64,000 nucleotides of DNA, taken from contig NW_002060943.1 in NCBI RefSeq assembly GCF_000150275.1, positions 5,724,008-5,788,007 of the forward strand. Reading direction: 5' to 3'. Every line of letters starts with the position of its first letter. Position 1 is the first letter of the stretch. The DNA comes from Trichoplax adhaerens. Lineage: Eukaryota > Animalia > Placozoa. Both the position numbers and the translations under genes were made by a program. The notes beneath the pieces were generated by a model. That model saw only the letters and a program-made list of their open reading frames with translations. It searched no databases and was not told the origin of the DNA. Below are positions 27,201 through 40,147 of the stretch, in pieces.

Positions 27201-29430
27201 GTATATCTTGCATTCATATGTAATCAGATATTGTTCACATAGCATGAATGTTTTAGGATCCCAGATTTTAGAGCTAACAGTATAAATTTCTTAATACATA
27301 GAAAATTCATCTTCAAGCTATCAATATAAATATATTAAGAAAATTACTTTTCGTTAAATTTCAGCTAGTATAACGCAATATGCAATACGCCACGAATGGA
27401 TTACCGAATTAAATTGTAAAGGTTACGAATCAACCATCGATGCCTGCCCTATTCAAGATAGCTCCGTTATCAGAAACTGCTCAACTACTGACATAGCAAC
27501 TATTTCCTGTAATCAGGAGAAACAGCAATTCAGTAAGCTTATTTTCTGTCGGTTTCCTTATAACAACTAATTATAATCACGTATGATTCTGAATAAACTA
27601 ATGAAATAAAAATTTTATAGCAAGCAGAAATAGACCAACTTACTGCATATATGATGATGGCTTTTGTGGATGGAAAATTAGCGGTAATATGAGTTGGATC
27701 TGGCATTCAGCCACCGGAAATCACTATCATCCTATAGCTGGTGGTGAGTATCTGCCAGATAAAGATAATTGCAGTCTATCAATTTTTACATAATGTTGAA
27801 TAATTTACACCATATTTTAAGATATTAAAACAATCCTTTTATCGTCCATAATTATTTTTGCTAGCTATTTCATATGCATATGTCATCCGTCCATATCATC
27901 AAACATCAATGGGGAAAGCTGTTATGACTAGTCCAGTACTAACAGCAAGATCTGGTCAAGTCGTTGAGGTTTATAAATTTATGACTCCCCTGAAATTATA
28001 AAAATCAAAAATCAAGAGCAGATTTTTTCCCCGTTTTAGATCTCATTCCGCTATTACATTGTCAATTTGGCTGTTAGCAATCTTGAAATTCGATATAATG
28101 AAGATGGAAATACTGGTATTACTATCTTTGATAATCAAATTAATACTTCAAATAAGTGGACACAAATGAAAACTACAGGATTTACACCTAAAGGCAATCA
28201 TTTTCGGGTATATGTTTATCTAATCTAATAAAACGCAAATTTGCTTTGTTGCACGTTAGCTTATGATACGAACATTCCTACATAGTAGAAAGAAATTAAT
28301 GTATTAAACTTCTTCTAGTTAAAAATCATTTATAGTGCAAGCAGAACATTTGGGCCATCGTTTGTTAGTATATTAGCCATCGATGATACAGTCATCACAG
28401 GCGTCGAAAACGACGGCTGTAAGTCTCTTTAAAATTAATAATTAAAATATTTATATATTTTCTTGAAATACTTATGCATAATGCATGGTATGCATTTAAA
28501 GCCTTCTAACTAATGATTATATTTACAAACGATAATCTTAATATATGTTCGTAGATCAATCTAATGATATTTCCATCATTGGAGCAGCTGTGGCAGGTGG
28601 ATTAGCATGCATAATCTTTCTAATGGTAGCCATTTGCTACTACAAAAAGTCTAAAACAAAAATAATCAGGGACGTTTCAGTCCCAAATGAATATGTCGCA
28701 TCTACTAGCCGACAAATAAGAAATTTTCAACGAGCAAATTCTGAATTACTTATCAATAATCAACTACCTCGTACGCCTGTAAATTCGAACATATCCGATA
28801 GCAATACTGCTATTTCCCCGGTGGTAGTACGGACACCTTCAGTAACGCTATCAGGTATTTTCAATATATTTTTGATCACATTTATAGTTAAACGTGCTCG
28901 AGCAACAGATACTGCCTTATTGTTCGCTTTTATCATGTTGAGAAAGATTTACATATAATAGCTAACATTTACAATTGTAGTTACATCTCCGATGTCAGAT
29001 CATCAATCGAGAAGTGAAGATCGCTTTTCAGGTATAAATTAAATTAGTGAAAAAATTATTATTAATGGTAAAGCTAACTTTTACGTACGATCTAGAGACA
29101 GTTTGCAATGATTAATTCAAATTTAGATGTTACAGTTACATCTTCCATTGAAGATGGACAACAAAGTCGAATTGGCATTGCTCTAAGCCCTAAACGCAGA
29201 GATATAATCTGTAAGTTAAATATCGGACATGTAAATTGAAATAATTTTCGTATTAGCTATTTTCTGTTATACGTAAATAGTAGTATTTGCTTTATTACTC
29301 TTTTTCTTTGCTATGCAATATAATTACAATTACTAAAACGGTAGTAATAGTGATGACTATATCGAAATAACTTTGAAGTACAGATTATTTAAATATCAAA
29401 ATTTGTTTTGTTTTAGCCTCCGTGGTATAA
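24211..29430 (+). CDS. Paralogue C (5' end unresolved): MAM - kringle - SRCR - SRCR - MAM - TM - Ser/Pro-rich tail ending RRDIISSVV*
   Basis: Open spliced frame: MAM1 24211-24363 ([10 protein letters not shown]...[13 protein letters not shown]), 24606-24715, 24973-25143, 25554-25629; kringle 25794-26072; SRCR1 26310-26480, 26657-26839; SRCR2 26983-27192, 27365-27532; MAM2 27621-27743, 27865-27968, 28040-28207, 28319-28418; TM 28555-28854; tail 28981-29031, 29127-29210, 29417-29430 (TAA). No signal/LRR exons recognised upstream. Confidence 0.85.
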
Positions 29431-32400
29431 AGCGTTAGGAACCTTCATTTTACACAATGCAACAATTTTCCGGAATTAAAGTAGACATCGCCTAATCATA
29501 TTGACAATTCCAATAAACGGAGAGAAACTTTATAGAAATAGAAGAAAGCTCTTAACAGAAACGTAAAAAGATATCAATAACGGAAGTAAACTAGTTAATA
29601 AAGAAATATCTTGTAGTATATTTATTTTTTATAAAGAAATATTATTTATAAGATAATACACGTTTGTGGTATTTAAAAACTTTAAATACTAGCACCTTGG
29701 AGAGATTCATTAGAATTAATCGATTATATTTAATATGAATTAATTAAACATAGATATCGATAATTTATCCGTAATTTTTATACACCATTTAAAGCTTATA
29801 AGAAAAGATATACAAGTGCACATGACTTTATAGTGTACCAGTTTAGAAAAAAAATTCGACTTATTTATGTAAATAACAGTTGATGCGTACTGGAGGTTGC
29901 TATTCTGCGTATCGACTTTTTCTGGGTTTATATCTATTGTCTATACATACTACTATCGAGAATTTATTTGTTGTTAAGCTAATGAAATAACCACTTTAAC
30001 TCGTACGACTTTATCAGTGGTTTTATCTTACATGTTTTGTTAAATAATTACAAGCTATACTTTTTTATGTAAAAATTACTTCGATTTCTAAATTTAAGGT
30101 TACTCATTAAGTGCAAAATATCAACATTTTACAAGTGAATAAATAATGGCAGATGTATATTCTCTCATATTTCAATCCTTTAGTATAATACAAACTTGTT
30201 TAAGTTGTCATTTCGATAATTTACTAAAATTTTACGAATATTGAAATGAAATTCTAGATGTCTGCATAGTAAGCAATGAAAGTAAAAAAATAGGTGAAGA
30301 TTATCTGTTTTATATTTAATGTCGTGATATACTGAAACTTGAGCAATCCTTTTGTTGAAGCAACAGAATGCATGGAAGTCGTATGATTTTATTAACATAC
30401 AAACACATACTCTGGTAATCAAAATTAATAAATTTAGGGAGGATACAGTTTTAGATAACTTAAGATTGCTAAATTTGCTAAAGGAATACTTTTAGTTTTG
30501 GTGATGGCGAAAATAATGTAGCATTTTAAAATGAATGAAATATCGAAGGTTCTACCTCCAAAAAAGATGCTGTACATGGTTATATACTGGTATTCTATAG
30601 AGAATTAACAAAGTTACCTAACTAATAAACTAACTTATTACCCCATTAATAAGCAATTCTTATATTACTATAATGACTAACACAATTTACTTTATGCTCT
30701 GATTTTTCGTATGATCATCCCAAATTTGTGAGATTGACTTAGATCTTGTTTACTAACACAAATAGTTTATAGTTATCTTGGCATTTGTACTCTAGAATAT
30801 AAAATCTTCATTTACAGTTATGGTTATAGGCTATTAAATATACCTTATAATAAACTTGGTAAACTACTCTAATACCGTGCCTAATTATGTTGCAAGGATA
30901 GAATATATTATCGTAATATTCAATATACATTACTAAACGCTTTATAATGCTAAACTTTCCGGCAACAGCCATACCCAATTTGATTCCGATTTTCTAGGCC
31001 CTAATACAGTTTATGATATCTTACAGCAGATTCCATATAAAATATATATGGTCATGCTACCCAACAGTTTCTGAATAAACTAGTACAAACTCGCGTCGCT
31101 TTGCTGACGGTTTACGATAATGTACTTATTTGTTAATAATTAACAGATATTGTATTACCATTCGACATTATTTATATCCCGGTAATAGCCAGGCACTGCT
31201 ATATTCACAGCTATGCTTGTAGAATACTACTTTTCAATAATGCATTCACGGATGAAATGCTATATTAAGATTAGTTAATGGTCCAAAGCACATTATGATA
31301 ACTAATGTACGGTGATGGATATACCAAGTTAAGATTAGCAGGTACTGTAAGATATCTACAGTGCGGTACAATCTCCTTCGTACTGTGGTCAATTCTATAC
31401 CAATCATTATAATGTGTCTAAGGATTGCTTGAGTATCCAAGCAAAGCTTGCTCTGTCAATAGCAACCGTTATAAGAAAATATAATAATCAAAATGGCTGT
31501 GTAGAAAATTCTATTAAGATTCTATATTTATTCAATTTTCGTCAGAATATTACATGAAATCAAACTTGAAAGGCCCAGTGGCCACCCTTAGCGATATAAC
31601 CAATACTATTTTAAAAATCAGTACTCTGCAGAAATTACTACCTTAGAGCTATTCGTTTTACATGAAGAAATTTTGAGATAAAAAGTACTATCATCTATAT
31701 AGAAGATATATAATGTTCGAAATGTCATCAGATAAGAAACCAAATAGAAATCTCGAGTAAGAACAGCTCTTATTTTAAATTATCTTGCCAGACAGTGCTT
31801 ACTAGTTTAGCAATCGATCGCTTAGATTCCTTCATAAACTAAGTTGTCTTGACTTATACATCTATGATTCTATTCTAAATGTAATGCACTATATCAGTAT
31901 GATTACACACATACTGCCTTACCAAAGGATCTGTTAAAGAAATAACGCCCTAGATGCTTATACCAATATCCAATGAGCTAATAGCTAACCATTCGTTAAT
32001 TTTTTGACTGCTTCTTCATATTTAATTGCATCATCTAATTTACTATCATTACTAGATTGGTGATGAAATTAGATCTACAATGGCAAAATATTGATAAGAT
32101 TTAACTAAATTTCTATAATTAACTCCCTTTCTATCGTTTCTATTCAAAGATTTTCTCTTAGTAAAATTAGTTAATTGGAGTAAGTTGGACAATTTATAGC
32201 TTTGTAATATTTTCGAGTAATTGTGTAAATAGCTACCTAGCAAACACTCTTGATGGGAATTTTTTTCAACACCACCTACTTTATGATAGGTATCAATAAT
32301 TATAGTGAGACTATCTATTACGGTACCTTAATTCTATTTAATTAATTATCATGACAAAAAAATTGTTATAGTTTCCATAGTACTGTGAACGCCCGCTATT

Positions 32401-32596
32401 CAAGTCTAAATACAATAATTGGATAGAAATCCAAATATAGGACCAGTAACTATGAAAACGCCTTTCAATATGAAAACAAAATTATTTTAGACGGTATATT
32501 TCTTTGTAACGTGGCACGGCTAAGTTTTATTCTCTAGTCCGTCGAGCTAAACCCACTCAGTTTTCTCTTAATTCTTCCTAGCTAAACTTGATCAAT

Positions 32597-35500
32597 ATGA
32601 CAAGTAAAATATGCACATTAGGAATTTTCACACTAGTTCTTGTCGAAATTCTATGTTCGTCGACTTATGCAAACCAAGATAGTATTGAAATTCAAGAATC
32701 TACTTCCTCATGTCTAGAAAACTGTCAATGTCGAGATTCCGAAATTCGTTGTGAAGGCTTTCCCTCTGATATTCATCGGATACCTGAAGGAGTGAAACGA
32801 ATGTACGTAAATTAATATTAATTATATTATTGAAACAGATTTAACGTTGATTATATTTTAACTTGTATCAATATCTATAAGTTATGAATTCACTCTTTAG
32901 ATGCATGTAAGTTTTGAGAATTTACTTTAAATTCTATATAGCTGTTTTCTTCTTAACGCCTAGCGTGTAAAACGCCTCCTTCTGAAAGGCTTCAACAGTA
33001 AAATATCTGGCATAAGTCATTAATCATAATTTCAGTTGGTTGTATTAAAAATTCAATTTTTCATCATCTCAAATCAGTAGCTTTGCTATAGTTTGTGTTC
33101 AGCTTTGCTATATGATGCATAAAATAAAGATTTATCAGTCAGTATTCTGTGCGTGAGAGGCTGATCACTATCGACGATTCACCTTAGACAAACTGAAGCT
33201 TTCCTGAGTAGTGAACTCTAAATAATATAATTAAAAATCGTGACTTTACAAAACAAACTTATTATTAATTTTTGAGCTAGCCTAAAGAGTTTTCGTAATT
33301 TCGACAGTTTGATAGTTTTTTTAGGTAAAGTAGAGCCCAAATATATCCAAGACTAAGATTGTTAGATTGTATATAGGTAACATAATATATTTAGATGAAC
33401 TGTTTGGTTTGTAAAATTCATTATATAAACCTTGTTAAAAAATTTGGGGATAATATTAATAGAGTTTTTCAAAAAGCTATTTCTTGCGAAGAAGAAAATC
33501 TACAACGGTTGCACAAGTTAATCGTGTTAACAAATATAGAATTAATCGGCCAATGCAATTGCCCTGAACATCTCGCCGGACATGACTTGAAAGATGTTAA
33601 TGAGCTAAGATCGAACTCTTTGGAGCTTCATCGTCACGAAAGATCAGGTAATAAATAAGAAGATATACACTTCTAAAGATTGTTATTACGCCAGTGAAGT
33701 ACCCGAACTGTAGTTTTGTTTCATTTTAATTTTAATGGGAGTAATCCAATGTTGATTACAGATAAATGTGGTAAATATGTAAAATTTTAGCATAAGAAGT
33801 TATCTTACTCATTCTACTTTAACAAAAACATACAAATTACTATTGTAGTTAATAGAAGAAGCATCATTAATAGTCAATACGCTTTGTCACTCGATAAAAC
33901 ATGGAATTCGACTTCGGGCTACGTATCTGTTCAATATAAGGGAAGAACTGGCGTTATATGTGAAAGTCTTTGGTATTTAGAAAATGCAGACGTAATTTGC
34001 CGCCAAATAGGATACATTGGCGCCTTCTCGGGAGCATGTAAGTCAAACTATTTTAGTATTAAATTAAAAATCGTAATCTTGATTGGTAATGTTTAAGCCT
34101 AACTAGGAAATGTTTAGAATTGCCTTAATTGATTTGCACACATTTAATCTGCACTCTCATCTTATATAGACGGACCTGGATCACCTCGATCGCAAGCAAC
34201 TTTAATTCACGATCTTAGCTGCAATGGTTATGAAACGGTAGTCGACCAGTGCAGGATATCCCGATCTTCATATACCTGTAGGGAAATTTATGTTCGAGGT
34301 GTATCATGTAATCCTGGTCAAACAGCTGCCGATTACGGTATGTAAGCTAAAAAATAAAAGCAGGCTCCGTGATATTTCATTAACATTTTAGGATTATTTT
34401 CCATTATCTAATTTGTATCAATAACGTAACATAAAAACTGATATAGCCGCACTATATAATACTTCTATTAAACCAACACATTCTTAGATAGCAGAAATCG
34501 TCCCGATTACTGTACCTTTGAAAAAGGATTCTGTGGGTGGTCAAATCAGGCTACACCTGGTTTTATACATCATCCCGGTGATGGTAGACATTATAATCCA
34601 TCGTACTCATGTATGTATGATATTTAATGACAATAAATTGGATTAACAAGTAGCACAGTATAACCAGAGATAACATTTAAGTCAAATGGCCATCCGATAT
34701 AATTTCTGAAGATTCAAATCATTAAGATCATGAAATATTTATTCTTATTCTAGATAGAAACTATATTTACGCCATAAGACCACGTAACAGCTTAATCAAA
34801 GTTAATGCTGAGCTAATTAGTCCACCTTTTGAACGACACAGTACTTCATCATCATACGTAGGTTTTGATAAAATTTTTTAAAGAACTTATTTCATTTTAT
34901 TAACTAAAATACAAGACGAATGTCCAAAGATTTAGTGTGAAATATTGATGGTTTTTAGGTCACTTATGTATATGATGTAAATGGGTCAAGAATGAATAAG
35001 CTTCTCATTAGCTACAGAGCAAGTTACGGGAGCGATACAACGATAGAATCCAAATCGTTTTCTTCTTCTACTGCAGGTTGGAGTAGTGGACTATCTTCAT
35101 CTTTCAGACCCAATGGAGTATTTACTGTAAGTACATGTCAACAATAATGTTTAATTTGCTATAAAGCTTTACTGTCGTTTCTACCGTTTGTGCAAATTGA
35201 ACGCATTGACATAAGGTACTATAATTCTTATGGCCTACATATGAATTACATAGCTGGTTGATTATTTGTTACGTTAATGAAACCGAGCACTAATTTTACT
35301 CATTTCACAAAATAGCAAAATCGATTAAAGATAAGTTAAAATTGTAAGCTTTGCTACATAATGAACATTATAATAGTTAGTGCAGCGTCTATTTCACTTA
35401 GTGATCTACTTACTACACTCAATGCAGTGCCGTACTTATTTAAGAATATCTTAACATCCGTAGACAATATCTTCTTTAGAAATATAAGAAGATCTAAAAG

Positions 35501-37636
35501 CAGAGCTAACTTAACGTCATTTGACACTTTCTAAGGAGTTCCCTAACCAAATTTTAGTATCTAATGTTAAATAGTTATATTATAAGTCGTGCCGTACTGA
35601 AGGCAATAATTTTTTACTTCATACAATAGCATCTGAGTCGCTCGCCAATGATTTAGCTTATAATTTCTTAAAAGCCCAATCAAATAGGACAATCTATCCT
35701 AACAAAGTCCTTTTAAGCCAGTAGAAATATCATATATTAAATCAACAGTCCATTGAATTGCTATCGTATATCCGATGGTGAAAATTGATTTTTCAGCTAC
35801 AGAATCAAACCCTAATCTTATCATTCTAAGAATTCCTCGATATACGCATAAATCCTTAATTGAAGGCTTATTTTTGTTCACGGATTCATACACCTAAGAG
35901 CTCATCATCTAATTTATATATCAAGAGCAAGTTATGTCATTACTAATGTTATTTTTATACTGCTTTCGCGGAAATATCTCTATTAATTCGATACTATCGC
36001 TAGTATGCTACAAGATCAAAATTTAAAGTATTATCATATATTACTACATATCTCAGCATCTCAATTAATTATTAATAATTATTTTTCATCTTTATCAGCT
36101 GTCACAAGTTAGCTCTTTGACAGGATAATAACAAAAGTAAATCTACAAATTTTTCCCAGAACTACAGTCAGGGCGCTAAAATCTGTCTTAGAAATACTTA
36201 GAAAGACTCGACTATAATTCTGTAGATTCTCAGTAATTTGGACGCGTTGAACTTTACGTTAGGCACTAGACTTAAGAACTAACTTCATCATATAGATGCA
36301 GGGCTTCTATACCTTTCGAGAGATATAAGTTATAATAAGTATCATTAGCGCTTATAAATTAGGTAATTAATTTACATCTAAATGCGTAGTTAATATGGGA
36401 ATATTGTATCTGATGACTAACCATAAGACAGATAGATTATAATACATCCATTCATAGAACCATTAAATCATAATATGCAACCTATTCTTAACTATTCATA
36501 ATCACTTATTACTGCTAAGGACGTCAGCAGTCTGAACTATTTCGTAATCTAAATAAAACTATGGTACTAAGTATCGCTATTTACGATAAGATAACACCAT
36601 AACATCAGCGTTACTACTTACTGCTATTAAAATTATGCATTATCTTTTTCTTATTTTCTAAAGGTCAAACTTACTTGCAGATCAGATTACAGTTCTAGCT
36701 ATATCTACAGTGCTTCCATTTCAATCAGATCAATTATTGTCCATAACGTCAAAGTTACTAATGGTGAGCTCCTTGCATTACTCGCCTTACAATCGTACTA
36801 TCATAGAGATACATATATTAACTCATGGCTATTAAATGATAAATCTACTTAGACTGACATACTATTAACTATTCTGTAATTATCATTTTGTGCATAGTTC
36901 ATCTTTATTCCGTTAATATTCCTGGAGTCGTCATTGGCTCCCTCGTTGGCATCGCTGCCGTTATTATACTCACTATCTATATCTATAAAAGATCTCATCG
37001 AAGACAAGTTATTCAGTCTACAGTTCCCCAGAGAGGAGGGCTTCCACAATATACACAGACTAACGTAAATTTTATTTCTCAAGCAGCAGCTAACAAGGTT
37101 GCAGGTAAGGTTCCCGCTTTTCACTAATAATTGAAAGTACCTGAAAATTTTTAAAACTATGGCATTATTGGACCCGTTATCGTATGAATTTAACAATATC
37201 ACGGGTAGTCTTTTGTAATAATTATTTATTCTAGCCTTTGATTTACGAACTAAATTAACATAATCCTTACACCGTAACTTATTAATCAGACCCTCCAAGT
37301 TACGCAAATGTAACGGCGCAAAGGGCAGGTATGTCCAGTATTTCTAACAATAATTGACGTCCTTATGGACTGTATTAAAAGTTGCAGTAGAAATATGTTG
37401 TAATTAGTTAGGAATTGCGAAATATTAAATATAGTATTGCCATTACAGGTGATCAGCCCATTTATTATACCACTAATCCTGCAGCAACACAACCTGTCGT
37501 TATAAATCCACAACAGCAAGTATATCCCCCTATGACACAAATAAACCTGGCTAACCAGCAACAAGTAACCCTGGCTACCCAACAAGTACCGCCAATTACT
37601 CAACAACAATTAACTCCGACTACTCGACAACATTAA
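32597..37636 (+). CDS. Paralogue D, short intact form: SP - LRRNT - LRRCT - RHER - SRCR - MAM - TM - PPSY/Gln-rich tail
   Basis: Exons 32597-32802 (signal + CLENCQC...C...IP), 33463-33647, optional micro-exon 33762-33770; SRCR 33849-34037, 34170-34337; MAM 34488-34610, 34754-34857, 34959-35126, 36664-36763; TM 36898-37104; 37290-37328 (DPPSYANV); 37449-37636 (TAA). Frame is open throughout. Confidence 0.85.
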
Positions 37637-40147
37637 AGTTGTAGTAAATATTGAAGTGTGAGGTAAACATCAGATATATGAATACTGTATACTAATCCTA
37701 CTTTTAAATTTAAAACATTATATTACGTATGTCAGAACCCATTGATAGCTCGATACTAGAACAATATAGTAGTCAAAATCTCTTTTGTCTTGTATTTTAC
37801 GGAGAAGCATAATTTTCAATATGACTACAGCACTACAAATAATATCTGCTTGTTTTTTTAAGGTGTTCCTTGGAAATCGTAGAAAAAAGACCAGTACTGA
37901 TGCCATAGAACTATTAAAAAAAATTTAACTCGAAGAGATTGTGGCAATAAGACATAATTATGGCATTTTCAGAAGCAGCTTTTATTTTACCTTAACAGTC
38001 CCATAAAATATACTTTCTTCTTGTGATTTAAATACATAAATGTCAAAAAAATGAAATTAATCAGATGCATATAGCGACTAAAATTAATTTTGCTATTATA
38101 GAATATGTTCTATATTACTACTACAATTTGCAGGTTTGCAACATCGAATATTTCATTCTTTGTATTTTATTTCATCCCTACAAATTTGAACAGTAAATTA
38201 TATGAGACAAAGGATATAATAAACTTTAGCGTTAGCATAAAAGTATTTATCTTGTTCGAGTCTTTTAAACGATATCATAATTATTATCAATTTCGAAATC
38301 CCATGAAAAAATCATTTCTACGAGTAGCAATATTACTACATATTTATTATAATTTTATTTATAGTTGCCTTCTGTTAAATTAAATGAGCACTTTTAGACC
38401 TTAAGTTCTAACAAATCTTCAAAAAAATAGCGTTTCCATTTTATATTAATACACTTACTTTATGTCATGAAAAGATAATCACATACTTAAATTGAAACCC
38501 CATTCACGGAAATTTTGACAATGTCATTGTGAAACATTAAGGCCATAAATATGATAAATATCTTATTAAATTATAACATAGTAATATACAAAGATAGACG
38601 ATTAGTAGCTTCATGAGATACCGCAACCTAAATTATGTAATATTTAGTATACAGAATATCTGATTGTTAACTATGCTTGCACGTATATTATTACTATGTA
38701 ATCGTTTTGTAGCATTACACTTTTACACCCATTTATACGCGCAATGCAAACTTCACGAAGTTTCAACGAGTACCCTAAAAGTTACAGGAGCAGAAATACT
38801 TGCAATACGTAGTAAAGCCTAATTTTCCTACAGCTATGAAAACATAAGTGCTAATTATAATAACTAGCTCTATTCTGTTAAATACTTCGATATCATCTAG
38901 AATACTGAATATGGACAAGCAATGTAATATTTGCTAAGAATTTTTCAGCTGCTCTTGCGAAATGAGATTTTGCTCAGCAACTACTTAATCTTAGCGTCTA
39001 CCATAAAAGCTTAGTACAACGTCAGCCCATTCCGTTCTTAACCATGAAAATATAATAATTTATAATAACTTTAATGTTATGAGTAATGTATTTGAATTAG
39101 GATCGGGAAGGTTAGTCGGAACTCCAACCAATGTCCTGTATAGTCTACACGGTTTGATATACATGTGGTAAATTATCATTACTCTTCAAAAAGTTCGTGC
39201 TACCTAAATTATTGCCGTTATATCACATTTAATCACTCTGAGCTAGTAAAGCCAACATTTAAATTACGAATTTAAAAAATAGTATACTACATTCAACTTG
39301 CTTCAATTAATTTGGATGACAAACTGTAATACAGAGTGCCATGACTCATTTTTATTTTAATAAGACACTCCGAATAAAAGCTACAATATCTGCTGTAACT
39401 ATTTAACTTAAATACGAGTTCAGCACAGCCTTAAGATTTCAGTTAATTGACAATCTCGCACATATAGTATAGTCTTACACTTTTGCATATCACTTAGCAA
39501 TTTCCTACAATCTATTAAGCTATTTTAGGGCTGCACTAAAGGAACGGATTAAACTGTCTTAACCTATCAAAGTAAAAAAATACTGTAAGGAATTATTTAC
39601 ATTGGAAGCTTCCTGTTTCAGCTTATATTCTCGAATTTCTTAACAACTTGACTAGCAAAATCGAATTACACTACTTTTTATGTGCTGCACAAAGCAGATG
39701 ATAATTTAAACTAAAAAATTATATTATTATTCTAAAATACTCTAAATTAAGCTCGTAATTAGTCTTACAGGTCAAGAAAGAATTATCTTTGACTTTCAAT
39801 TATTATTAAAATCTTTCATATATTGTAGCAAAATCTAAGGCAGACTAGCAACATAAATTGAAACCTTGATAAAAGATCGAGTTCACATATACTCCATGAT
39901 AAAGTAGCAATACCGCTAGATAACCACAAACTTTATTTACATGTGTTTATTTATTTAATGTACACCTGACCCTGTAACCGTGTCGCCTTGTTAGGAGATC
40001 TGGAATTTCAATTTATAGCCATTTAAGAAATAATTTTTGTAATTAGATAAAAAAATAATAGAAGCAGTATTCTGATAGATAAAAATTAGCATACAGACCT
40101 GAAATTATCGATAAATAATAAGCATCATAAAAATGTTCGATTAATAG

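Noticed and set aside
29417-29479. Reading the last exon of C as PPWYKAL... (a further PPxY motif)
   Set aside because: The upstream donor at 29210 is phase 1, which gives SSVV*; the PPWY frame would need a phase-0 donor that I did not find.
32901-32906. 6-nt micro-exon (TTAG|ATGCAT|GTAAGT) in intron 1 of D
   Set aside because: It preserves frame but would insert residues into the conserved LRR strand, and no equivalent exists in B, F or H; likely chance.
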